From Chiloscyllium plagiosum (lineage: Eukaryota), in NCBI RefSeq assembly GCF_004010195.1, contig NC_057754.1:5381781-5445780 (forward strand): a DNA stretch of 64,000 nucleotides, in the 5' to 3' direction. Below the pieces are notes generated by a model. It saw only the letters and a program-made list of their open reading frames with translations. It searched no databases and was not told where the DNA came from. This document shows, in pieces, positions 1 to 11,300 of the stretch (position 1 is the first letter of the stretch; each line of letters opens with the position of its first letter). The translations under genes and the position numbers were made by a program.

Positions 1-230
1 GGGGGGTCGGAGGGGGGGGGGGGAGGGGGGGGGGGGCGGGGTGGGAGCAGACAGGGTTGGGGTTGTGGGCGGGAGCGGATCGGGGGACGGGGTCTCATGC
101 ACAGTGTGCTTTTGCCCAGTCTCCTGAAAGGGGACCAGACTTCGCAGAAAACTCCTGAGCCCCAGAGGAAAACCGAATAATCAATTATCCGAATGAAATA
201 GTGCCCGCCCGGATAATCGAGGTTCCTCTG
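1..230. mobile_element. Right end of a Tc1/mariner (Tigger/pogo-like) MITE, with a G-rich tract at 1-90
   Basis: Ends ggataatcgaggttcctctg|TA. Its reverse complement matches the left TIR at 14517. Confidence 0.65.
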
Positions 231-580
231 TACAAGTACTTTACTGAAACTGTAGGGTCTGAGTTATAAAGAGAGGCTGGATAAACTGGGACTACTTTCC
301 CTGGCGTGTAGGAGGTCGAGGGGGTGACCTTATAGAGGTTTATAAGATCATGGGAGGCATAGATAAGGTAGATAGCCAAGGCCTTTTCCCCAGGGTAGGG
401 GAGTATAAAACTAGAGGGAATACGTTTAAGGTGAGAGGGGAGATGTACAAGACTCCTGAGGGGCAATTTCTTCACACAGAGGGTGGTGAGTGTCTGGAAC
501 AGGCTGCCAGAGGTAGTGGTGGAGGTGGGTACAGTTTTGTCATTTAAGAAACATTCGGACAGGTACATGGATGGGATGGG

Positions 581-795
581 ACAGCAGGTCAGACAGCATC
601 CGAGGAGCAGGAAATTCGACGTTTTGGGCAAAGGCCCTTCATCAGGACCTCTATAAGGTCACCCCTCTCAACCTCCAACACTCCAGGCAAAGAATTCCCA
701 GCTTACCCAGGGCTTTTGCCCGAAACGTCGAATTTCCTGCTCCTCGGATGCTGCCTGACCTGCTGTGCTTTTCCAGCACCACTCTGATCTTGACT
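581..795. mobile_element. Penelope-like hammerhead element, inverted pair with a short CR1 fragment as spacer
   Basis: Arms 581-646 and 709-795 are reverse complements. 647-708 resembles CR1 sequence. Confidence 0.65.
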
Positions 796-1642
796 ATGAT
801 GTCCAGCCGATGTAGCTTTGCCTGCGTGCATGGGATAGCTATGGAGGGATATGGACCAAACACAGAGCAAATAGTTTAAATTGTGAAAACTCTGCAGCAT
901 GGACAAGTTGGACTGAAGGGGCCTGTCTCCATGCTGTAGACCTCTATGATTCTGTGAGTGTGTCTACAAATCGCACTTTGTGAAAGAGACAACAGGAGGA
1001 ACTAACAAGTTTCAGTAAGTCAATGGTCAATGGCAACTATTTAACAGCCAAATAGATTGCAGGAGAAGTGGATGCTGGTAAAAAGTTTTACAATTTGTAC
1101 ATCCTTCTGGATCGTGTGGACGGACCCTCAATCTCTTGTTCTTATTTAATTCATTTGAGGGATATGGGTTGGCCAGCATTTCTTGCCCGTCCCTAGTTGC
1201 CCCCTTGAGAAGGTGGTGGTGACCTGCCTTCCTGAAGCGCTGCAGCCCACCTGCTGTGAGCTGACCCACAATGCCCTGAGGGAGGGAATCCCAAGATTCT
1301 GACCCAGGACAGCAAAGGAATGGCCGATATATTCCCAAGTTGGGATGGGGAGTGGAGGGAAACCCGAAAGTGGTGGTGTTCCCGTGAATCTGCTGCCCCT
1401 GTCCTCCTAGATGGAAGTAGTCGTGGGTTTGGAAGGTGCTGTCCAAGGAGCCTCGGGGAGTTGCTGCAGTGCACCTTGTAGATGGTACATACTGCTGTGA
1501 CTGATGTCAGTGGTGGAGGGAGTGGACACAAGTGGAAAAAATGCCAATTATTATAATTTGATTTGAAATGCTTCTAAAAAGACAGAGGGTTGCTGCGTAC
1601 ACCACTGCTAGAGAAAACTGAGAAGACTGTACCCCCTAATTA

Positions 1643-1951
1643 TAAGGGACTGTTTAACCAGACTTTTCAAATGTTGATGACTAATATAACATTGAGCAAT
1701 AAACTCACCCAAGCCCCCACCAACCGCAACTCCGTGGCCTTCCTTTCGCAGTGTTTAGACTTGTTCAACCAGGTTAGAGAGAAAAAGCAAGGTCTGTTAT
1801 CACCAGCTTAAACATTACTTAAATTTATGGATTAATGATCAGTTCAGCCCCAAAGGCATTCCATCTCTGCTACAGCCTCTCCGTCAGTGTCATGATCTCT
1901 CCCTCAGCCACAGTCCTTCTCCTTCAGTGCTGCCATCTCTGAGCCGCAGCC
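1643..1951 (+). promoter_or_regulatory. Gene A proximal promoter/5'UTR block with two HNF1-like sites (1807-1819, 1831-1843)
   Basis: Aligns with 47891-48206 upstream of gene B. CTTAAACATTACT and ATTAATGATCAGT resemble GTTAATNATTAAC, and HNF1 is an established regulator of mammalian OAT1/OAT3/URAT1 promoters. Confidence 0.6.
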
Positions 1952-2353
1952 ATGGGGTTCGAAGATATCCTGGAGGATGTCGGAAGTATGGGGAAGTTCC
2001 AAATCATCCACATTTTGTTGCTGGTGTTGCCATCGTTTCTCTCACCTAGTCACAACCTGCTTCAGAACTTCGTGGCTGTTGTTCCTGATCATCACTGCAG
2101 GATCCCTTTGGAAGTGAATGACTCGAGGTACGCCAATGTCACGGGGAGGCTGCAGACGGAGGAACTTCTCCGGGTTTTCATCCCTCTGGACCAGGACCAA
2201 CAGCCGGAGAAATGCCTGATGTACTCCTCACCTCAATGGCACCTTCTGGATCTCAACGGGACGCACGCAAACGTGACTGAGTACCACACGCAGAAGTGCA
2301 CTGACGGGTGGACCTATGACAACTCTAAGTTCAAAGCCACAATTGTCACAGAG
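1952..2353 (+). CDS. SLC22A6-like: Gene A exon 1 ([11 protein letters not shown]...KATIVTE; TM1 and large extracellular loop)
   Basis: Kozak gcagccATGG. Typical SLC22 N-terminus, four N-glycosylation sequons (NDS, NVT, NGT, NVT). Donor GAG|gtaacc at 2354. Confidence 0.95.
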
Positions 2354-5300
2354 GTAACCCCTAAGGATTTCTATCTATTGAAGGTTTCAATGCCATTGAA
2401 TATGTTGTGAAATGGAACGAAGGGGTTTATCTGAGTGTGTACACACCTTTTCTTGCTGAGGGGTTTTTAACTCAACCAGCGGGTAGTGTTTGCAGGAGAT
2501 GGACCACAGATAAAGGTGTGCCTTTGTTTAGTCTGAAGGGCAAAGTGATTCCTGATAAAGGAGTGAAGTCTCAATGCTTATTTTTCGTCCTACATTACCT
2601 CATCTCATTTCGGTAAAACAAACAAAGACAGGACTCATACAATTAAAAGGTCCTTGGGTAAGGTTGTAGAACAGAGAGAGATTAGATTAGATTACATTAC
2701 AGTGTGGAAACAGGCCCTTCGGCCCAACAAGTCCACACCGACCCGCAACCCACCCATACCCCTACATTTACCCCTTACCTAACAAACGTGCAAACTCCAC
2801 ACAGTCAGTCGCCTGAGGCGGGAATTGAACCCGGGTCTCTGGCGCTGTGAGGCAGCAGTGCTGACCACTGCGCCACCATGCCGCCCACGATTTAGGGCTT
2901 CAGCTACATACTTTTCTGGTGTTTGCTTCACATGTGAACAGGCTAGTCAGGAAGGCATTTAGCACGCTTGCCTTCATTACTGAGGCCTTTGAGTATAGAA
3001 GTTGGGATGCAATATTGAGGATGGACAGGACATTGGTGAGGCCCCTTCTGGAATACTGTGTCCAGATCTGGTCACCCTTTTACAGGAAAGATATTATTGA
3101 AGTCTTAGGTGCATTAGTCAGAGGGAAATGGTCTGGGTGGGTAACTCTTCGGAGGGTTGGTGTGGACTTGTTGGGCTGAAGGGCCTGTTTCCACACTGTA
3201 GGTAATCTAATCTAAACTGGAGAGGGTTCAGAGAGCTTTACCGGGATGTTGCCGGGTACGGAGGGTTTGAGTCATAAGGAGAGGCTGGATAGGCTGGGAC
3301 TTTTTTCACTGGAGTATAGGAGGTTGCGGGGTGAACTTATTGAGATTAATAAAATCATGACAACTATAGATGAGTGACAAGTATCTTTTCCCTATGGTGG
3401 GGAGGGTTTTACGACCAGGGGGCCGCATTTTTAAGGTGAGAGGAGAAAGATTTTAAAAAGACCTAAGGGGAACTTTTTTTTGACACAGAGAGTAATTTGT
3501 GTGAGGTAAAGTTGCAACATTTAAAAAACATTTGTATAAGTACATGAATAGGGAAGGTATATGGGCCAGGAGCAGGCAGGTGGGACTAGTTTAGTTTGGG
3601 AATATGCTCGGCACGGACTGGTTGGGCCGAAGGGTCTGTTTTCATGCTGTATGGCTCTATGATTCAATGAGTGACAGCAAATGAACATACAAATAAGGAA
3701 CACTTGGAGGCCATTTGACCCCTTCAAGGTAACCTACCATTTAATAAGAACGCAGCGGATCTGGTTATAACCAAATTCATACTCCTATCTCCTCCTGATA
3801 AAATTCCACCCTCTTGCTTTCCGAGAATCGGTACATTCCTACCTTAAAAATATTCAGAGGTTCTGCTTCTACTGTCTTTGGATGAGAAGAGATGTGAAGG
3901 TGCATGATGAATCTGTGAGAAATTTCTTTACCTCCATGTGTAAAACATGACAGGGTTCAGAAAAGATTTACAAGGATAATGCCAAGGTTAGAGGGCTTGA
4001 GCTGTAGGGAGAGGCTGAATAGACTGGCACTGTTTTCCCTGGAGTGTTGGAGGCTGAGGGGTGACCTTATAGAGATTTACAGATAGGGTGAATAGGCAAA
4101 GTCTTTTCCCTGGGATGGGTGAGTCCGAAGCTAGACGGCATAGATTTAGGGTGAGAGGGGAAAGATTCTAAAGGGATAGAAGGGGCAACTTTTTCACGCA
4201 GAGGGTGGTGCATGTATGGAATGATCTGCCAGAGGAAGTGGTGGAAGCTGGTACAATGTCAACATTTAAAAGGCATCTGGATGGGTATATGAATAGCAAG
4301 GATTTAAAGGGATATGGGCCAAGTGCTGGCAAATGGGACTAGGTTAATTTAGAGTATCTGGTCAGCATGGACAAGTTGGACCGAAGGGTATATTTCCATG
4401 CTGTACAGTTCTGTGACTCTATCTCCGTCTTAAAAGGGCCTCTCCTTACTTTGAAACAGTGACTCCTGGTTATTGATCCTCCCATAGCGGACAACATCCT
4501 TGCCACATCTTCCTCATCAGGATCTTAAATGTTTCACTCAAAACACCTTTTATTCCTCTTAGGTCTGGCAAATGCAAGTCTGTCAAGTCTTTCCTCATAA
4601 GACAACTTGCTCGGTCAAGGTTAATAAACCTTTACTGGACATCTTCCAAAGCATCAACAATTCTTCCATTAGTCAGAGCTGAAAATGTGTTGCTGGAAAA
4701 GCGCAGCAGATCAGGCAGCATCCAGGGAACAGGAGAATCGACGTTTCGGGCATAAGCCCTTCTTCAGGAATGATGCCCGAAACGTCGATTCTCCTGCTCC
4801 CTGGATGCTGCCTGACCTGCTGCGCTTTTCCAGCAACACATTTTCAGCTCTGATCTCCAGCATCTGCAGACCTCACTTTCTCCTTCCGTTAGTCAGGTGA
4901 CCAATACTGTAAATAGATGGGGTCTTCCCCATATAAGTGAAACATGACCTCCTTATTTTTGTATTTCATTTCCCTTGTAATAAAATACTTGCATTCTATA
5001 AACTTTCCTAATTACTAGTACCTGCATTGCAGCCTTTTGTGATTCCCCTGCTCCTTAGAGCGCTGAAATCTCTTACATGCGTCTTTTTAGTCGCCTTGCT
5101 AAAATGGACACTTTCGCATTTTGTCACATTATTCTTTAGAACAAAGAAAATTTCCAGCCCAGGAACAGGCCCTTCGACCCTCCAAGCCTGAGCCAATCCA
5201 AACGTACTGTCTAAACCAGTCGGTCATTTCCTAAGCATCTGTATCCCTCTGCTCCCCACCTACTCATGCATCTGTCCAGACGCATCTTAAATGAATCCAC

Positions 5301-8300
5301 CGTGCCTGCCTCTACCACGTCTGCTGGCAACGCGTTCCAGACACCTACCACCCTCTGTGTGAAGTACTTGCCGCGTGTATCCCCCTTAAACTTTTCACCT
5401 CTCACCTTGAACGCGTGACCCCTCGTTATTGAACCCCTCACCATGGGAAAAAGCTTCTCTCTATCCACCCTGTCTATACCCTTCGTGGTTTTGTAAACCT
5501 CAATCAGGTCCCCCCTCAATCTCCTTTTTTCTATTGAAAATAAACCTAACCTACTCAACCTCTCTTCACAGCTAGCCCTTTCCATACCAGGCAACATCCT
5601 CGTTAACCTTCTCTGCACCCTCTCCAAAGCGTCCACACCCTTTTGGTAATGCGGCGACCAGAACTTTACACAGTATTCTAAATGCGGCCGAACCAAAGTC
5701 TTGTACAATTTTAACATGACTTGCCAACTCTTATACTCAATACCTCGTCCGATGAAGGCAAGCATACCATATGCCTTCTTGACCACTCTATCCACCTGTG
5801 CAGCAACCTTCAGGGTACAATGGACCTGCACTCCCAGATCTCTCTGCCCATCAACTTTGCCCAAGGCTCTTCCATTCATTGTATAATTCGCTCTAGAATT
5901 AGACTTGCCTAAATGCATCACCTCACATTTGTCTGGATTGGAAGCCATCTGCCACTTTTCCGCCCAACTCTCCAGTCTATGTATATCCTCCTGTATTCTC
6001 TGACAGTCCCTTATGCTTTCTGCCACTCCTCCAATCTTTGTGTCATCTGCAAACTTGCTGACCATACCAACAGTGCCCTCTTCTAAATCATTTATATATG
6101 TATATCACAAACAACAGTGGCCCCAATACTGATCTCTGTGGAACACCACTGGTCACCTTTCGCCATTTCGAGAAACTCCCTTCAACTACTACTCTCTGTC
6201 TCCTGTTGCTCAACCAGTTCCTTATCCACCTGCACGCCATGTGACTTCACTTTCTCCATTAGTCCACAATGGGGAACCTTATCAAACGTCTTACTAAAGT
6301 CCATGTTTATGAAATCAACAGCCCTTCCTTCATCTAACAACTTGGTCACTTCCTCGAAGAAATCTATCAAGTTGGTAAGGCATGATCTCCCCCTCACAAA
6401 ACCATGTTGCCCAACACCGATCAGCTCATTCCTTTCCAAATAGAAATAGATCCTATCTCTCAGTAACCTCTCCAGCAACTTCCCCACCACCGACGTCAGG
6501 CTCACTGGTGTGTAGTTACCCGGAGTATCCCTACTACCCTTTTTGTACAGGGGGGACAACATGAGCAACTTTCCAGTCCTCTAATTTTTGCCCCTCACTT
6601 ATAGAGTCATACAGCACGGAAACAGATCCTTCGGTCCAACCAGTCTATAATCCTAAACTAAACTAGTCCTACCTGCCTGCTCCCGGCCCATTCATGCACT
6701 TATCCAAACCTTTCCCATTCATGCACTTATCCAAACCTCTCTATAAACAGTGTGTGCACCACTTCCTCAGGAAGTTCACTCCACACGCGGACCACCCTCT
6801 GTGCAAAACAAAATTGCCCCTTGTGTCTTTTTTAAATCCCTCTCCTCTTACCCTAAAACTGTGCCCACTGTGTCTTGAAACCCCTTATCCTAAAGTAAAG
6901 ACAACTGCCCATTAACCCTATCTGTGTCCCTCATGGCTCAATGGTTAGCACTGCTGCCTCATGGCACCAGACACCCGGGTTCAATCCAAGCCTTGGGCAA
7001 TTGCCTGTGTGGAATTTGCACGTTCTCCCTGTGTCTAGGTGCTTGGTTTCCTCCCACAGTCTAATAATGCGCAGGTTAGGTGGATTCGCCATGGGAAATG
7101 CCATTCCAGGGATGGGGTAGCAGGGTGGGTCTGGATGGGATGCTCTGTGTGGACTCGATGGGCCAAACGGCCTACTTCCACACTGTAGGGTTTCTATAAG
7201 TGAGGTACAAATCTTAGATATAAAAGAGGAATTAAGAGAAAATTAATGGCATTACATTACAGGGTTTAAAGAATAAGTTAGAAATAAGACATAGTTACAG
7301 GATTGACATTACAGTCAGAACAACAAATTGCAAATAAACACTACAGTGCAGCAGCTCAACATGTGATGTGACCGCCCGCACTAGAGCCAGGTCCAGTAAT
7401 TGTCCCCGCTCCACTCCAAGCCTGCAGTCCGCTCCGCACCAACTCTCAGCTGTTCCAAGGTAAGTTCCAGGACTGCTTCCCCCTTGCTTCCCACTGTCCT
7501 GGGGCTGCTTCCCCGCCTCTATAACCCCCCCCCACCTCCACCGGTGCTCCGGGATTCGCCTCCGGGGCTCGCCAGCTCCTCCATTCCCCTGCCACAGAAG
7601 GGGGAAGGAACAGAAGAGAAAAGAAGAAAGAAAAAGAACGCTCAGAGCAGAGGACTACTTACTCTGCCACCAGCTGGCTTTCGATCTCGGGGAGCCCTTC
7701 CTGCTCATGATGTTGGATGGCGCATTGGGAATGCTGATGGTCACGCCGATTGGTTGTTGTCACGTGTACCAAGATACGGCGTGCTGTCCAGGTAAATCAC
7801 GTCACACAGACTGCATCGGGGTAGCAGAACAGAGTGCAGGACACGGTGTCACAGCCAAAGGGAGGTGCAGGGTCAGCGAGATCAGAACTAACATTCGGGA
7901 GGTCGATTCAGAAGTCTGATAACCTCGTGGGGAAGAAGCTGTTCTTGAATCTGTTAGTAAGTGTTTACAAACCCTTATCCATTCCGCCTGACGGAAAAGG
8001 TGGGAGGGATTATAACCGGGGTGGGAGGAGTCTTTGATGATGTCGGCAGTGGGAAGTGTGGATGGAGTCAGTGGATGGAAGGTTGGTTTGTGTGATAGAC
8101 TGGGCTGTATTCACAGCTCTCTGTAGTTTCTTAGAGTCCTGGGCAGAGCAGTTGCCGTACCAAGCTGTGATGCATCCTGAAAGGGTACTTTCTATGGTGC
8201 ATCTATAAAAATCAGTCAGAGTTCTTGTGGGCATGCCGAAGTTCCTTAGCCTCCTGAGGAAAGTAGAGGCGTCGGTGCTTGGTCAGTAATTTGATCTCCG

Positions 8301-11300
8301 CGTGCCAATTTTGCAATGCCAAACTCTGCAAAAAAAAAGGATTTGCAGACAATAGGCAGAAAACTGCTGAATGAAATTGTCAGCATTCCTGCCACATCTC
8401 TGAGTTAAGGACACCTTGGAGATTTCCCATCACAATGCAGTAGCCAACATTTGGCTGTTGGGGCTGGGATGAGTATCTAACCTCCTGATTTTCCACTCCA
8501 TACGTCCCCCCCAACAACCAACTGTCCTATTTGTGTAGGCCTTATAAAACTCACCTCTGTGTGTGTGTGTGTGTGTGTCTCTGTGTGCTTGTGTCTCTGT
8601 ATGTCTGTGCCTGTGTCTGCCTGTGTGTGCGCGCGAGTGTGTGTATGCATGTGTGAGTGTGTGTTTATGTGATCATGCGAGTGTGTGTGTATGAGAGACT
8701 GGGTGTATGTTTGTGTGTGAGTGTGTGTGTCGATCTGTGTGTGTGTATGTGTCAGTCTGGGTGTATTTGTGTGTGTGTGTGCGTCAGGCTGTGTGTGTGT
8801 CAGGCTGTGTGTGTGTCTGTGTCTGCGCATGTGTCAGTCTGTGTGTTGTTGTGTGTGCATGTTTGTGTGCGCATGTCTGTGTGTGATAGTGTGCAGTGAC
8901 CTTTACACTATCCTAAAAATTGCTGAGGAAACAAGAGCTTTTTGCTCCTTGATAATGAAACAAAACTGCCAAGACCTACATAATGATCAGTTCTGAGCTC
9001 ACTGGGTCAGCATGAGTGTGGTCAAAACAATCTTTAACCTGTCAAAGAAACAGAAATTCTACTTAAATCCACAATGAATAATCCATCCCCCACTGAACAC
9101 CTAGAAATCATTGCACAGCAGTGGAGTGAGTAAGCCATATTGTCATAGACTAAGGGGATGTCAACACTATAACATAGAATCTTTTTCATTCCCTGGTGAA
9201 TTAATTCTCATTTGTTGGAGTTACAAGATGGAAAAATAAAATCACCCTGCACATTCTTGAAAACCCCAGAGAATATGGGCCTAAAGTGCTCAAGCTCTTC
9301 CCAAGACAAACCTTCTCATCCCTCACATCAACTGAGTGAACCTTCTCTGAACTGTCTCTAACTGAATTACATCTCTCCTCAAGTAAGGAGACCAAACCTG
9401 TCCTCAATACGCCAGGTGTGGACTCATTAATGCCTTGTACAGATGCAGCAACACTTCCCTATTTTTATACTCCATTCCTTTAGCAATAATGGAGGGATTC
9501 TATGAAATAAAAAAAAAGTGAAAAGCTCAGCAGTCTTGCTTAAGCGCTGAGCCATGCCTGGCCCAGACTTTCTGCAAGGGATCGATCTCCTCCTCTTTGG
9601 CCCACGTTCCACTCACTGGCTCAGTCTCGCCTACCCTCATCATCGGAGGAATCTCCATTGCCATGTTGGGCTTGTTCCCTGGATTTCAGACCACCAATAT
9701 GACAATAACTATTCTTGTCATGACAGTGGGACCTTGTCTGCAACTGGAAATCCCTGAAGCGGATCACACAATCGATCTACATGGCCGGATTGCTGGTGGG
9801 AGCCATTGTCCTGGGCAGGCTTTCTGACAAGTAAGAGAGGCCGGGAGTATTGCGATGCCAAGCATTATGTCAACTCAGTGTGTTTTCCGGGGAGGCGATG
9901 GCCAAGCGGCATTTTTGCTGGAATTACGAATCTACTCTTGACCATAAATCCATTGTCAATTGCTGGGAAAAACCCATCTGGTTCACTAATGTCCCTTTAG
10001 GGAAGGAAACGGCCTTCCTTAACTGGTCTGGGCCTACACGTGACTCCAGACCCACAGCAACGTGGTTGACTCTTAACTGCCCCTCTGGCGGGGGGAATGG
10101 CTCAGTGGTTAGCACTGCTGCCTCACAGCACCAGGGACCCAGGTTCAATCCCATCCTCGGGCAACTGTCTGTGTTGAGTTTGCACGTTCTCCCCAGAGTC
10201 TGCATAGGGTTTCCTCTTACAATCCAAAGATGCGCAGGTTAGGGTGGATTGGCCGTGCTAAATTGTCCCATAGTGCCCAGGGATGTGCAGGCTTGGTGGA
10301 TCAGCCATGGGAAATGCAGGGTTACAGGGTGGGTCTCTCTTCAGAGGGTCGGTGTGTGACTCAATGGACCGAATAGCCTGCTTCCACATCGTAGGGATTC
10401 TATAATGTAGTTGCGACAGCTCAGTGTTGACATACAGGTTGGAGAGAGCACGCATTTAAATGCAGACAAGCTATAAAAGTTCTGCACAACATCAATTAAA
10501 AGCTGAATTGAGCGGGTTCCAAACATTGACCATATCACCAGGCAGGTGAATGACTAACCCAAGACTATTTTGTAACAGTTAACCGCGTTGTTTTTTTTAT
10601 TTTGAATTCATGTTTACTGGGTGCTTGTTACAGGTTCGGGAGGCGGACTTTCCTGCTGTGGTCCCATTTCCAGTTAGCTGTCTCCGGAACCTGTTCTGCG
10701 TTCGCCTCCTCCTATCCCTTATTTTGCTTTTGGAGGTTCCTCTGTGGAGTGGCACAGTCGGGGATCATACTCAATGCTTTCTCCCTCAGTAAGTGAAATG
10801 ACGTGTACGTTTGTCAGCTCAAGCCCATTCCAACAGAACAGAATGTAATCGTCCGTCTTTGATGTTCAATAGCATGGCCATTTTTGAATCTCCCCAAGCG
10901 TTACCATTGTTCTGGAACGTAATCAAACCAACTGTTGAGGCCTGTTGTGGTAGCGTCCATACCTTGGGACCAGGAAATTGGGTTTGAGTCTTACCTGTTG
11001 CACAAGTATGTTGTAATACACCCAGACGAGTTAATTGAAAATAACTACACCAGCTATTATGAATGCTACGAGAGCAAGTAAGAGGCTGGGAGTTCTGTAG
11101 TGAGTAACGTCTCACCAATTCCCCCAAAAATCTGTCCATAACGCAGAGTTCTCAACATCTCAACAAGAGAATCAGATCCAGGCTTGTGCTGGATATTGTC
11201 CCCTTTATCCTTTAAGCAAGCTGCCCAGCTCCTTGTTCTCCCTCTCTTTCTCCCACTCATAAGGTCTCACTAACTTACAAAGGTTAAGAAGGTTTTTAGC

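Noticed and set aside
2354..2410. ORF extensions beyond splice donors (also 34171-34309 and 48609-48680)
   Set aside because: Read-through into introns. SLC22 similarity ends at canonical GT donors.
5211..6065. 284-aa ORF as a host gene or active LINE
   Set aside because: It is a 5'-truncated CR1 ORF2 fragment, broken from the upstream RT part.
8477..8996. His/Thr- and Cys/Val-rich ORFs
   Set aside because: Translations of a (TG)n microsatellite.
10087..10160. tRNA genes here and at similar sites
   Set aside because: These are tRNA-derived SINE heads continuing into SINE body, with no complete cloverleaf.
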